The notes under the pieces: generated by a model
The model's input: the letters and a program-made list of their open reading frames with translations, nothing else
Told to the model about the DNA's origin: nothing
Database searches by the model: none
Translations under genes and position numbers: made by a program
NCBI GenBank assembly: GCA_902576415.1
Contig: CACGVZ010000002.1
Coordinates: forward strand, 11,852 to 75,851
DNA: 64,000 nucleotides
Direction of reading: 5' to 3'
Source: an uncultured Prochlorococcus sp.
Lineage (GTDB): Bacteria; Cyanobacteriota; Cyanobacteriia; PCC-6307; Cyanobiaceae
In this document: one piece after another, positions 30,950 through 41,027 of the stretch
Layout: each line of letters opens with the position of its first letter
Position numbering within the stretch: the first letter of the stretch is position 1

Positions 30950-32134
30950 TTGACAGAAGCTAAACTTATTCCGGCTTTAAATAAAGAGAATTTATCTCAT
31001 TTTTCAAAGACTTATGTTCCTTCTAGACTTTTATTAGGACCAGGACCTTCAAATGCACATCCAGAAGTCTTGAGTGCTCTCTCTTTAAATCCTATTGGTC
31101 ATTTAGATGAAGCATATATTTCATTGATGTCCGATGTTCAAAAACTTTTAAGATATACCTGGCAATGTAATAATCGTATTACTCTTCCAATGAGTGGTAC
31201 TGGAAGTGCAGCTATGGAAGCTTCTATAGCGAATTTTATAGAGGAAGGTGAAAAAATTCTTATCGCTAAAAAAGGATATTTTGGTGAAAGACTAATTGAT
31301 ATGGCAACTAGATATAAAGCAGATGTATCTGTTATCGAAAAACCTTGGGGTGAATCCTTTTCTTACGAAGAAATTAAGTATGAAATAGAGACAAAAAAAC
31401 CAGCTATATTTGCTATTGTTCACGCTGAAACATCTAGTGGGGTTTTACAACCTCTTGATGGAATAGGTGATGTATGTAGAAAAAATAACTGTTTATTTTT
31501 AGTTGACGCAGTTACTTCCCTTGGCGCTCTAGAACTATTGATAGATAAATGGAAAATAGACTTAGCGTATAGTTGTAGCCAGAAAGGATTAAGCTGCCCG
31601 CCTGGATTAAGTCCTTTTACAATGAATGAGAGAGCTGAAGAAAAACTAAGTTCAAGAAAAACAAAAGTTCCCAACTGGTATTTAGATTTATCCCTTTTAA
31701 ATAAATATTGGGGTTCTGATCGTGTTTACCATCACACTGCCCCTGTAAATATGAATTTTGCTATTCGTGAAGGTTTACGATTAATAGCTAATGAAGGTTT
31801 AGAGAATGTTTGGCATAGGCATAATACTAATGCAAAGAAACTTTGGAATGGTTTAGAAAGTCTAGGTATGGAATTACATGTATCAGAGGATTACCGATTG
31901 CCTACTCTCACAACAGTTAAGATCCCTCCAGCAGTTGATGGGGATGGTTTTAGAAATCATCTCTTAAGAAACTTTGGAATTGAAATTGGAAATGGACTTG
32001 GAGAATTATCTGGTAAGGTGTGGCGTGTAGGGCTAATGGGTTTTAATTCATGTGAGGAGAATGTTGACAGATTATTAAACCTATTTGATAGTGAGCTAAA
32101 GAAATTTTCTATTTTTGAGTCCTCAACTTTTTGA
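30950..32134 (+). CDS. spt: serine-pyruvate/alanine-glyoxylate aminotransferase (class V)
   Basis: LLLGPGPSN, HAETSSGV, VDAVTS and SQKGLSCPPG. Confidence 0.9.
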   Translation: MTEAKLIPALNKENLSHFSKTYVPSRLLLGPGPSNAHPEVLSALSLNPIGHLDEAYISLMSDVQKLLRYTWQCNNRITLPMSGTGSAAMEASIANFIEEGEKILIAKKGYFGERLIDMATRYKADVSVIEKPWGESFSYEEIKYEIETKKPAIFAIVHAETSSGVLQPLDGIGDVCRKNNCLFLVDAVTSLGALELLIDKWKIDLAYSCSQKGLSCPPGLSPFTMNERAEEKLSSRKTKVPNWYLDLSLLNKYWGSDRVYHHTAPVNMNFAIREGLRLIANEGLENVWHRHNTNAKKLWNGLESLGMELHVSEDYRLPTLTTVKIPPAVDGDGFRNHLLRNFGIEIGNGLGELSGKVWRVGLMGFNSCEENVDRLLNLFDSELKKFSIFESSTF

Positions 32135-32624
32135 ACCAAATCTGTAAAATTTGACTGCATTCATCTTCAAGGACACCGCCAATTATTTCCATTTTGTGAT
32201 GAGCACTTTCATGTTTTGATAGGTCAATTGAGCCACCCAATCCACCCCTTTTCTTATCGTAAGCTCCAAAAATAACTTTACCCATTCGCGCTTGAATAAG
32301 CGCAGAGGAACACATAGTACAAGGTTCTAGATTTGTGATAATAGTACATTCATTAAATCTCCAATCATTTTTTATTAAAGATGCTTGCCTAAGTGCCATT
32401 ATCTCAGCATGACCTAATGGGTCTTTATTAATATTCCTTCTGTTAACCCCTCTCCCGATACATCTTCCTCTCTTATCTAAAATAACTGCACATATTGGCA
32501 GCTCAACTTTTCCAATTTCTTTAGATCTTTTTAATATAAATCTCATCCATTTATAGTATTTTGAATTATTTGTTTTTTTTGATTGATTTTTATTACTATT
32601 TCCATTTTCAAAAATATATCTCAT
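32109..32624 (-). CDS. tadA: tRNA adenosine deaminase
   Basis: HAEI…LEPCTMC and FGAYD.K.G. Confidence 0.88.
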   Translation of the reverse strand: MRYIFENGNSNKNQSKKTNNSKYYKWMRFILKRSKEIGKVELPICAVILDKRGRCIGRGVNRRNINKDPLGHAEIMALRQASLIKNDWRFNECTIITNLEPCTMCSSALIQARMGKVIFGAYDKKRGGLGGSIDLSKHESAHHKMEIIGGVLEDECSQILQIWFKKLRTQK

Positions 32625-32667
32625 TTACCAATATTGAGAATAGAATTATTAATAGATATCTTATCTG

Positions 32668-34053
32668 ATGGCTGAAGATTTTATTAATAATAAAGATATA
32701 TATTTCCCCTCATATTTAGGGACTAATGACAAATTGATTACTCTTCTGAATAGAGCAAGTCAAACTCTTTGTGACTGGTTCTCTAAAGCTGATAAAAATG
32801 GTCCTTTACCATTTGATGAGAGTTTCAAGTGCATTATGCCTGCGGAAGACGGTAACTCAGAAGAAGATTTGTTTTCTGAGATTGAATCTCTTTTGAATAA
32901 TTCATTTAATCCCGTTCATCCTGGCTCACTAGCTCACCTTGATCCCCCACCTTTAATCTTCTCTATTTTGGGAGATTTAATTGCAGCTGGTTTAAATAAT
33001 AATCTTCTTGCTTACGAGTTATCACCAAGTGTAACTTTACTCGAGGAATCAATATGCAAATGGTTTGCCAAAAAAATTGGCTTTAATGATTTCTCAGGAG
33101 GTATAGCTGCTAGCGGAGGCACATTAAGTAATCTGAATGCACTTATAGCAGCTAGGAATAATGCTGGATTAGGAACAAATCCAAATTCTGTATTACTTGT
33201 TAGTGAAGATGCTCATTCTTCCTTTGTTAAATGTATAAGAGTAATGGGTCTTGATATTACGAATCTTGTCAGGATTAAAACTGATAATCAAGGTCGAATG
33301 GATATAAACGATCTCAGAAAGTCTTTAGATAAATGTTCAATAGAAAATAAAAAAATATTTGCTATTGTTGCCACCCTTGGGACAACAGTAAGAGGAGCAA
33401 TTGATCCTATTAAAGAAATAAGTGAAATCTGTAAACAAAGAAACATATGGTTACATATTGATGGTTCAATTGGAGGGATTTTTGCCATAACTTCAATTCC
33501 AATAGAAGGTTTAAATAATATTAATCAGGCTAATTCGATAACGATAAATCCACAAAAAATTATTGGCATAACAAAGACTTCATCTTTGTTATTGGTCTCA
33601 AATATGAGTACTTTAGAAAATACTTTTAATACTGGACTACCATATATATCATCTAAAGAAAATATTATAAATAGAGGAGAAATAGGCATACAAGGTTCTA
33701 GACCTGCAGAGGTTATAAAACTATGGCTTGGGTTACGTTTTTTAGGTCTCAAAGGAATAGAAAATATATTAAAATCATCAATTAAAAGAAAAGATTTTTT
33801 TGTAAAAAATATTAGTAAAAATAAATTTGATATATATTCAGGTCCTCTCCATATTGTTTCATTCTTACCAAATAAACTTGAGCCAAAAGACTCTGATGCA
33901 TGGACTCAAACTAAAGTTAATGAACTAATTAACAATAATTTTATGCTTTCTAGGCCAAAATTTAAAGGTAAATATTTTTTACGGGTTGTCATGGGAAATT
34001 ACAATACAAAGGATTCTCATATTGAAGAACTTTTGAGACTTCTAGATGCTTAA
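32668..34053 (+). CDS. group II PLP-dependent decarboxylase
   Basis: SGGTLSNL, DAHSS, TLGTT..GAIDP, WLHIDG and NPQK (PLP lysine). Confidence 0.9.
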   Translation: MAEDFINNKDIYFPSYLGTNDKLITLLNRASQTLCDWFSKADKNGPLPFDESFKCIMPAEDGNSEEDLFSEIESLLNNSFNPVHPGSLAHLDPPPLIFSILGDLIAAGLNNNLLAYELSPSVTLLEESICKWFAKKIGFNDFSGGIAASGGTLSNLNALIAARNNAGLGTNPNSVLLVSEDAHSSFVKCIRVMGLDITNLVRIKTDNQGRMDINDLRKSLDKCSIENKKIFAIVATLGTTVRGAIDPIKEISEICKQRNIWLHIDGSIGGIFAITSIPIEGLNNINQANSITINPQKIIGITKTSSLLLVSNMSTLENTFNTGLPYISSKENIINRGEIGIQGSRPAEVIKLWLGLRFLGLKGIENILKSSIKRKDFFVKNISKNKFDIYSGPLHIVSFLPNKLEPKDSDAWTQTKVNELINNNFMLSRPKFKGKYFLRVVMGNYNTKDSHIEELLRLLDA

Positions 34054-34056
34054 CTA

Positions 34057-34197
34057 ATGAATATGGGAAGACCAAAAATTATTGCAATAGTAACAGGGTT
34101 TATCTCTATAGCTATTTGCATTGCTTATTTACTATTAATAACTATCTTTGATTTCAGAACTTATCTAAATGATCAATTATCCAATATTAATTTGTAA
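34057..34197 (+). CDS. putative 46-aa single-TM small protein (absent from ORF track)
   Basis: MNMGRPKIIAIVTGFISIAICIAYLLLITIFDFRTYLNDQLSNINL; starts 3 bp after the decarboxylase stop. Confidence 0.7.
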   Translation: MNMGRPKIIAIVTGFISIAICIAYLLLITIFDFRTYLNDQLSNINL

Positions 34198-35686
34198 ATG
34201 GGGGCAAACTTTTATTTGATTTAAAATATTTTTTTATTTCAATTTTTGAAATAGCTTCTTTTACGAAATTATTTAAAATATCCTCTCTTTTACTTATTCT
34301 ATAAATCTTATCTACTACTTCTTGAATTCCTCCATCTCCCCAATCTTGACCATTTTTAAAATATTCAATCAAACTTAGTCCTACTATTCTTATTAACCAG
34401 CCTGCTGTAACTGATTGTATAGATTTAGATAATATTATTTTAGTCAAACTTGTAGCTAAAGCAGGAGAAAGAATGGCGAGACCCCCTTTTAGTATTCCTT
34501 GTTTAGCCAATGCGCTTAGCAATGAAGTCGCCAAATTTTTTGCATCTTTTTTTGTAAGCTTTATTTCATATATTTTTGATAATTCCATTATCATTTGAAG
34601 GTTTACGGAGGTAGTAGTAAGAAAATCAACAGCTGGCAGTGGATTAACTAGTATTACTCCTCCTGTTATCCACATATATTTATTAATCACTTTATTTGAC
34701 ATTAAATATCTTTGTTCTTGTACGAAATTCTTACTTTTAATACCTAACTTATTTGAGCGAAAAAGAATATTATCCGCCAATAACTCTTCACCATTATTAT
34801 CGAGGGTTTCAATAATTTCTCTAAATAAACTTCCTACCTCTGGAATTAAATTTAAAGCATATGGTTTTGTATAGGGTGATATTTGAGGGACTGCAATTGT
34901 TTGAACGACCGAAATTTTATTTTTTCTAGCGGATGTTATGGAAATTATATTTTCTTTGATAAGGTTATTTTCATCTCTAGACCTCAAATCACATTTATTT
35001 AGAACTATTATTATTTTTTTTCTTAATTTTAATAATTCATTAATTAAATAGTTTTCATATTTATTAATGTCCTGATCTAACACAAAAAGTACTAAGTCAG
35101 AATTTGATGCTTGTATAATTGTTGCTTTTTCTCTTTCTTCTCCTAATTTAGATGGTTCGAATAAACCCGGAGTATCAACTATATTAATGTTTCTTTTTAA
35201 AATTGGTATACGAATTTTATAGCTATTAATTTGCTTTGTTGTACCTATTTTTGCTGAGGTTTGTCCGACAATATTTTTCAATAAAGATCTTGCTATAGAT
35301 GTTTTTCCTGAGGAACCTGCTCCAAAAAGAGTAACTTTATAATCTCCTGTTTTTAACTGGGACTCTAGTTTATTTTTTTGGTAATTTAACAATTCAGCTT
35401 TTACTTTATCGCTAATCTTTTTGTTTATTTTCTCGACTCCATCCAAGCTTATCTTGGCAGCACTATATGTATTTTTGAATGAAAGTGAATTTTTTTTATT
35501 TTTATATATAACTTTATAAACTATTTTTTTAAATAATTTTTTATCAATATTATAAAAAGTATAAATAATTATAATTAAAAATAAAAGAGTATAAATATTT
35601 ACTATTCTTACAAATATGGAAAATAAAATATAAAGAAATAATATCAATACTACATACTTTATATACTTTAATTTCAAGTAGTTCAT
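34187..35686 (-). CDS. membrane-anchored GTPase with DUF697/YcjF-like C-terminal domain
   Basis: GAGSSGKTS, DTPG, NKCD and NPLPAVD; N-terminal TM helices. Confidence 0.85.
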   Translation of the reverse strand: MNYLKLKYIKYVVLILFLYILFSIFVRIVNIYTLLFLIIIIYTFYNIDKKLFKKIVYKVIYKNKKNSLSFKNTYSAAKISLDGVEKINKKISDKVKAELLNYQKNKLESQLKTGDYKVTLFGAGSSGKTSIARSLLKNIVGQTSAKIGTTKQINSYKIRIPILKRNINIVDTPGLFEPSKLGEEREKATIIQASNSDLVLFVLDQDINKYENYLINELLKLRKKIIIVLNKCDLRSRDENNLIKENIISITSARKNKISVVQTIAVPQISPYTKPYALNLIPEVGSLFREIIETLDNNGEELLADNILFRSNKLGIKSKNFVQEQRYLMSNKVINKYMWITGGVILVNPLPAVDFLTTTSVNLQMIMELSKIYEIKLTKKDAKNLATSLLSALAKQGILKGGLAILSPALATSLTKIILSKSIQSVTAGWLIRIVGLSLIEYFKNGQDWGDGGIQEVVDKIYRISKREDILNNFVKEAISKIEIKKYFKSNKSLPPFTN

Positions 35687-36145
35687 TTATCGATTATTTT
35701 TAAAAATGTTATACAGTAAAATAATGAAACCAATATTAATAGATATATCAGCAATATTGAATACTGGAAAATTTATAATATTTAAATTTATAAAATCAAC
35801 TACAAAACCTCTATATACCCTATCTATACCATTACCAATAGTTCCCCCAAGAATAAAGCTATAAGAATATAGATCGAATGAGTTTAAAGTATTCTTCCTA
35901 AATATCAAATAAAAAAGTAATATAGAAAAAAAAATACTTATTAAAGATAAAAATACTCTACTACCACTAAATATGTTAAATGCTGCTCCGTAATTTTTTA
36001 CAAAGTCTAATTTGAATAAAAGAAAATCTTTATTAATAAATAATTTTTTATTATACAACATTAAATATTTCGTAAATTGATCTATTAGAACAATAAAAAT
36101 ACTTAAACATACAAAATATAATTTTGTTTTTATATTAATAATCAT
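35687..36145 (-). CDS. lspA: lipoprotein signal peptidase
   Basis: DQFTK, NYGAAF, GNGIDR, VVDFI and FNIAD. Confidence 0.95.
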   Translation of the reverse strand: MIINIKTKLYFVCLSIFIVLIDQFTKYLMLYNKKLFINKDFLLFKLDFVKNYGAAFNIFSGSRVFLSLISIFFSILLFYLIFRKNTLNSFDLYSYSFILGGTIGNGIDRVYRGFVVDFINLNIINFPVFNIADISINIGFIILLYNIFKNNR

Positions 36146-36714
36146 TATTTGCTACGTTTTAAACTTTCTATAGGTTTTATAAGTAATAAAAGTGGAAAAA
36201 GCATTAAAAAATGATATCCAATTTTACCTAATGAGTATTTACCTAAATTATATAAAAATAAATTGTATTGACTGTAGAAAATAATTTGTATAAAGTTGTA
36301 AAATATTCCAGTTAAATGCATAGCACCTATTGCTATAAAACCGTTTTTTAAAAAATTTACAACGTTTATTTTATTTCTATTATTTAAATTATCAATTATT
36401 TTGATTAATGGATATAAACCTAATAAATAACCAAAATTTGGAGTGAGCAAATAACCTAATGAACCTCCTTGGTGAAAGACAGGAAGTATAAATAACCCCA
36501 AAATCATATATATAGAAAATGCTCTGAAAACAACTTTTTTATGGAATATAAGTGTTAATAATATTATTGTCGGAATTTGCCATGTGATAGGTAACTCAAA
36601 GTTATTACTAGATTTATAGATAAAAGGTAGTGGAATATAAACAGGTAACATTGATGTTATTACTATTGATTGAAGACTTACCAGTATCTCAATTAATTTA
36701 TAAAAATTGAGCAT
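36145..36714 (-). CDS. bioY: BioY-family biotin transporter S component
   Basis: PITWQ, Y.ILGLF.LPVF.QGG.LGYLLTPNFGYLLG. Confidence 0.85.
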   Translation of the reverse strand: MLNFYKLIEILVSLQSIVITSMLPVYIPLPFIYKSSNNFELPITWQIPTIILLTLIFHKKVVFRAFSIYMILGLFILPVFHQGGSLGYLLTPNFGYLLGLYPLIKIIDNLNNRNKINVVNFLKNGFIAIGAMHLTGIFYNFIQIIFYSQYNLFLYNLGKYSLGKIGYHFLMLFPLLLLIKPIESLKRSK

Positions 36715-36729
36715 TATTATAAATTCTAT

Positions 36730-37962
36730 TTATAAACTTCTCAATGCAACAATTGGATCTAATTTAGAAGCTCTTTTTGCAGGTAAAACGCCAAAGATTA
36801 AACCTATTGATCCTGAAATAATCATGGTGGAAAAAGTAGTTGTAATTCCTACTGATGCAGGAAGTGGTGTTATCAGAGATAAAAGAAAAACACCTGATAA
36901 TCCTGTTGTTGTTCCAATTAATCCGCCAATTGTAGATAAAATCAATGCCTCAATCAAAAATTGAATTAATATATCTGACTGTTTAGCTCCTATTGCTTTT
37001 CTAAGTCCAATTTCTTCAGTCCTTTCACTTACAGAAACAAGCATAATATTCATGATTCCTATGCCTCCAACCACCAAAGATACTGCCCCAATACCAGCCA
37101 ATAAAAACGTTAGCCCACTTGTTATATTGGTTACTATATTCAATGCGTCTTCTTGTGATCTAACCGCAAAGTCATCATCTCTGATTATTTTATGTCTTTG
37201 CCTTAATAAGTTAGTAATCTGAAATTTAGCGGCACTAGTTGAATTTTTATTTATAGCTTCAACACTAATGAAGCTTAAACTTACTCCATATGTTGGGTCC
37301 TTCCCTGTAATCCTATTGACCATGGTTGTTAATGGAATATAAGCATTTTTGTCTTGATTACTTCCAAATACAGCACCTTTTGGTTTTAATATTCCAATAA
37401 TTTCATAAGTATGATCTTTAATTCTGATTTTTTCACCAAGTGATGAAGAATTATCTTTGAAAAATTCGTCTTTAAGATCAGGACCTATTACTACATAACT
37501 TCTTGCACTATTAATATCACTCTTAGATATAAATCTTCCTTTATCAACTTCAAAGCTTCTTACTTCAAGAAATTCAGGAGTAACTCCTGCAATTGATATA
37601 TTTAGACTTTTAGAATTTGACTGCACTATTTCGTTAGCAGAAATTTGAGGGGCAACTTTTTTAACTGTTGGAACTTGATTACTTATTGCTAGTGCATCTT
37701 CTAAAACAAGATTTTTAGGAAATGAAATACCTCTTCTTCTGGTGTCATTATTTCCAGGAACAATGAATAAAACATTTGCCCCTAAATTACTTAATTGGTT
37801 TTTAGCTAATGTTTGAGCACCTCTACCAAGTCCAACAAGTGTAATAACTGATGCATTTCCTATGATTATCCCCAGCATTGTTAACGAACTTCTCAATTTG
37901 TTCGAAACTAAGGTTTTTGTGGCCATGCCTAAGGCTTCTTTTATTGAGATATTCCTAGACAT
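36730..37962 (-). CDS. MacB/FtsX-type ABC transporter permease
   Basis: RSSLTMLGIIIG, GGIGIMNIMLVSVSERTEEIGLRKAIGA and LDPIVALR. Confidence 0.92.
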   Translation of the reverse strand: MSRNISIKEALGMATKTLVSNKLRSSLTMLGIIIGNASVITLVGLGRGAQTLAKNQLSNLGANVLFIVPGNNDTRRRGISFPKNLVLEDALAISNQVPTVKKVAPQISANEIVQSNSKSLNISIAGVTPEFLEVRSFEVDKGRFISKSDINSARSYVVIGPDLKDEFFKDNSSSLGEKIRIKDHTYEIIGILKPKGAVFGSNQDKNAYIPLTTMVNRITGKDPTYGVSLSFISVEAINKNSTSAAKFQITNLLRQRHKIIRDDDFAVRSQEDALNIVTNITSGLTFLLAGIGAVSLVVGGIGIMNIMLVSVSERTEEIGLRKAIGAKQSDILIQFLIEALILSTIGGLIGTTTGLSGVFLLSLITPLPASVGITTTFSTMIISGSIGLIFGVLPAKRASKLDPIVALRSL

Positions 37963-39745
37963 ATTTATATTTATCTAATGCATCATCATCTTCAATTTGC
38001 CCCATATATATAACACCTTCATTTAGCTGTAGTGTAATAAGGTCGCCGTTGCTAATTTGATGATCATCCATATTTTCTAAATTACAAATTGTAGAAATCT
38101 TTTTATTATTTTTGTTAAACAAAGCATAAACATCATTTACATTTTGGTTCGTAACAATACCGGCAATATTTTTACTCAGAGGAATATTTTTCATTAAATC
38201 CTTCGGAACAAATAATATTTCTCCTGGGCAAATTAAGGATATGTCAAGATTGTTTTTAATTATTCTTGCTTTACCTGTAACACCGATTTCCCCTATTGAA
38301 ATTCCCCTTGATACAATCTTTCTTACTAAACCGACTTTTATTAAATCTGTAGAGCCGCTAATTCCAGTTAATGTACCTGCAGTTTGAACTACTAAATCTC
38401 CTTGATTTAGGATTCCCATTTCTTGAGCAATTTGCATAGCTAAACTAAATGTTTTTGCTGTTCTTTCATCATTTTTAACTACTATTGGAGTAACTCCCCA
38501 AACAAGCTGCAATCTTCTCGCTACACTTCTCTCTGTTGTAGTTGCCAAGATAGGTGTTGGTGGTCTGAATTTACTTACATTTCGAGCGGTAGAACCTGAT
38601 TTAGTTAAAGGGATTATAGCTCCTGCATCAAGTTGTCTAGCTATATTACTTACTGCTGCACTAATGGCATTTGGGATCGTACTGGGTAAGTGGCTTTCAA
38701 TAGCCTTAAGTGGATAATCCCTCTCAATTCTTCTTGCTATGGTGGCCATCGTTTCTACTGCCTCTACAGGATAATCTCCAACTGCAGTTTCGTTTGAAAG
38801 CATTACTGCATCTGTACCATCCAGAATTGCATTTGCAACATCACTAACTTCGGCCCTTGTTGGTCTTGGGTTAGAAGCCATAGAATCAAGCATTTGAGTC
38901 GCTGTAATTATTGGGATACCTAATGAATTAGCTTTTCTTATTAACTCCTTTTGTAAAAGAGGAACTTCTTCAGCAGGCATTTCAACTCCCAAATCACCTC
39001 TTGCAACCATAACTCCATCACATAAGGGTAATACTGTATCGATCTGATCAATTGCTTCAAATTTTTCTATTTTTGCAACTACAGGAGTTGAATGCCCATT
39101 TTTATTTATTAAATCTTTTATCTCATTTATATCGGATGGATTTCTTACGAAACTAAGTGCTATCCAATCAACTCCTTCAGATAAACCGAATTTTAAATCC
39201 TCTTTATCTTTTTCTGTTAATGCTTTTACTGATAATTGAACATCTGGAAAATTAACACCTTTATTGTTTGAGAGAACACCTCCTACAGTTACCATGCATT
39301 TCAAATTATTAGCTTTTGTATCAACTTTTTCTACAATCATTTCTATTTTTCCATCATCTAAAAGTATTCTTTTTCCTTCGCTAACTTCTTGAGAAAGTTT
39401 GTCATAGGTTACATTTGCAATAGTATTTGTACATTCGACTTCATTTGATGTCAGTGTGAATTTATCGCCTTTTTTAACTTTTACTGGCCCATCTTTAAAG
39501 CGCCCTAATCGTATTTTTGGTCCTTGAAGATCTTGCAATATTCCAATATCTATATCTAACTTTTTTGATACTTCCCTTATGGTTTTTATTCTCTCAGCAT
39601 GATCTTTATGATCTCCATGTGAGAAATTTAATCTGAATGTTGTTACTCCAGCTTTAATTAAATTTGTAATTATCTCTTCAGATTGAGTTGCAGGTCCAAT
39701 AGTTGCTACTATTTTTGTTCTCCTTTTTAAATCAATATTCGACAT
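37955..39745 (-). CDS. pykF: pyruvate kinase with extra C-terminal domain
   Basis: RRTKIVATIGP, RLNFSHG, MVARGDLGVE and ATQMLDSM. Confidence 0.97.
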   Translation of the reverse strand: MSNIDLKRRTKIVATIGPATQSEEIITNLIKAGVTTFRLNFSHGDHKDHAERIKTIREVSKKLDIDIGILQDLQGPKIRLGRFKDGPVKVKKGDKFTLTSNEVECTNTIANVTYDKLSQEVSEGKRILLDDGKIEMIVEKVDTKANNLKCMVTVGGVLSNNKGVNFPDVQLSVKALTEKDKEDLKFGLSEGVDWIALSFVRNPSDINEIKDLINKNGHSTPVVAKIEKFEAIDQIDTVLPLCDGVMVARGDLGVEMPAEEVPLLQKELIRKANSLGIPIITATQMLDSMASNPRPTRAEVSDVANAILDGTDAVMLSNETAVGDYPVEAVETMATIARRIERDYPLKAIESHLPSTIPNAISAAVSNIARQLDAGAIIPLTKSGSTARNVSKFRPPTPILATTTERSVARRLQLVWGVTPIVVKNDERTAKTFSLAMQIAQEMGILNQGDLVVQTAGTLTGISGSTDLIKVGLVRKIVSRGISIGEIGVTGKARIIKNNLDISLICPGEILFVPKDLMKNIPLSKNIAGIVTNQNVNDVYALFNKNNKKISTICNLENMDDHQISNGDLITLQLNEGVIYMGQIEDDDALDKYKYV

Positions 39746-39806
39746 ATATAGATAATATTGCTAGATATAAATAAATTTACCATACCCAAAGTTAGTTATT
39801 TAAGTC

Positions 39807-40136
39807 ATGGATTTTAAAACTTATCAGAAAAAAGCTAGAGAAACAGCACAATATCCAGATTTAGGCTCAAATAATATTTATCCAACTCTTGGTTTAGTGG
39901 GAGAGGCTGGTGAGGTGGCAGAAAAAGTGAAAAAGGTTATAAGAGATAAAAATGGAATATTTGATAACGAATCTAAATTAGGTATTAAGAAAGAGTTAGG
40001 AGATGTTTTGTGGTATGTATCAAATCTTTGTACAGAATTAAACTTCAATTTAGAGGATGTTGCATTACAAAATCTTGAAAAATTAAAATTAAGAGCTGCA
40101 AAAGGCAAGATAAAAGGTTCTGGAGATGATAGATAA
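39807..40136 (+). CDS. MazG-like nucleoside triphosphate pyrophosphohydrolase
   Basis: LGLVGEAGEVAEKVKK…ELGDVLWY. Confidence 0.9.
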   Translation: MDFKTYQKKARETAQYPDLGSNNIYPTLGLVGEAGEVAEKVKKVIRDKNGIFDNESKLGIKKELGDVLWYVSNLCTELNFNLEDVALQNLEKLKLRAAKGKIKGSGDDR

Positions 40137-40137
40137 T

Positions 40138-40416
40138 TTAGCTATAACCTAAGCTTGCATACTGGAGATTTGTAATTAAATTTTGAATAACATTTAGAAG
40201 TAAAAAAGCTAACAAAGATGAAATATCAAATCCACCTATTGGAGGGATAATACCTCTAAAAATGTTTAAATAAGGATCTGTGATAGAAGTTAATGCAGAT
40301 AAAACACCGTTACTCCAATCAATACCTGGAAACCATGTAAGTAAAATTCTTATTATCAATATGAAAGAATAAATTGATAAAGTTTGACCCAGAACTGCAA
40401 AAATCTCAGATAACAT
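40138..40416 (-). CDS. YggT/Ycf19 (YlmG) membrane protein
   Basis: RILLTWFP…TDPYLNIFRGIIPPIGGFDIS. Confidence 0.92.
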   Translation of the reverse strand: MLSEIFAVLGQTLSIYSFILIIRILLTWFPGIDWSNGVLSALTSITDPYLNIFRGIIPPIGGFDISSLLAFLLLNVIQNLITNLQYASLGYS

Positions 40417-40454
40417 TATCTTGTCGTAATTTAATACATCCTAACATTTACTTA

Positions 40455-40967
40455 TTATTGCTGCTTACTGTTACCACTTCCTATATTTGAAAGATATTCA
40501 TTACTTACAGCAAACGTTTGAAAAAACTTTTCTGATAATGATAGCCAGTATGATCTACCATCTTTTTGCTTCCGTTTGACGATTAATTTCTTTTCTAATA
40601 ATTCCTTAATATGATCATAAGCACCTGAACCTCGAAGAAGTATGAGGTCCGATTGCAGGATCTTTTTTTTGATCGCGATAGTTGCCAATGTCCTTAATTC
40701 GGATGTTTTCAAATCAGAAGGAAGTAAATCATCGACGAATTCATTAAGACTAGATTTTAGTTCGAGAGAAAAACTGTTATTAACTGCATTTAATTCAATA
40801 GCTGAGTTGGGATTAGAGTATTTATTTTTTAGATCTTTAATTGCATCATTTATTGAATTTATATCAGAATTAGTAATTTCTGAAAGATCTTTTTTTGTTA
40901 TTGGTCTGCCTTTCAAATATAGAACAGCTTCAACTTTAGTAACTAGATCTATATCAGATATTGGCGT
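40455..40967 (-). CDS. scpB: SMC segregation/condensation protein B (start uncertain; ORF track uses TTG 40916)
   Basis: LRTLATIA…Q..LI.LRG..AYDHIKEL; the conserved KVEAVLYL helix lies in frame upstream of TTG 40916. Confidence 0.88.
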   Translation of the reverse strand, partial: TPISDIDLVTKVEAVLYLKGRPITKKDLSEITNSDINSINDAIKDLKNKYSNPNSAIELNAVNNSFSLELKSSLNEFVDDLLPSDLKTSELRTLATIAIKKKILQSDLILLRGSGAYDHIKELLEKKLIVKRKQKDGRSYWLSLSEKFFQTFAVSNEYLSNIGSGNSKQQ

Positions 40968-41027
40968 GGTATTTAGATCAGATTGATTGATTTTAATTAC
41001 CTAAATCTTTCCTAATTTACCTTAAAT

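Noticed and set aside
39807-40136. MazG-like gene as an anti-phage or phage-derived module
   Set aside because: A stand-alone gene in core context (pykF, yggT) with no partner toxin, sensor or mobility genes
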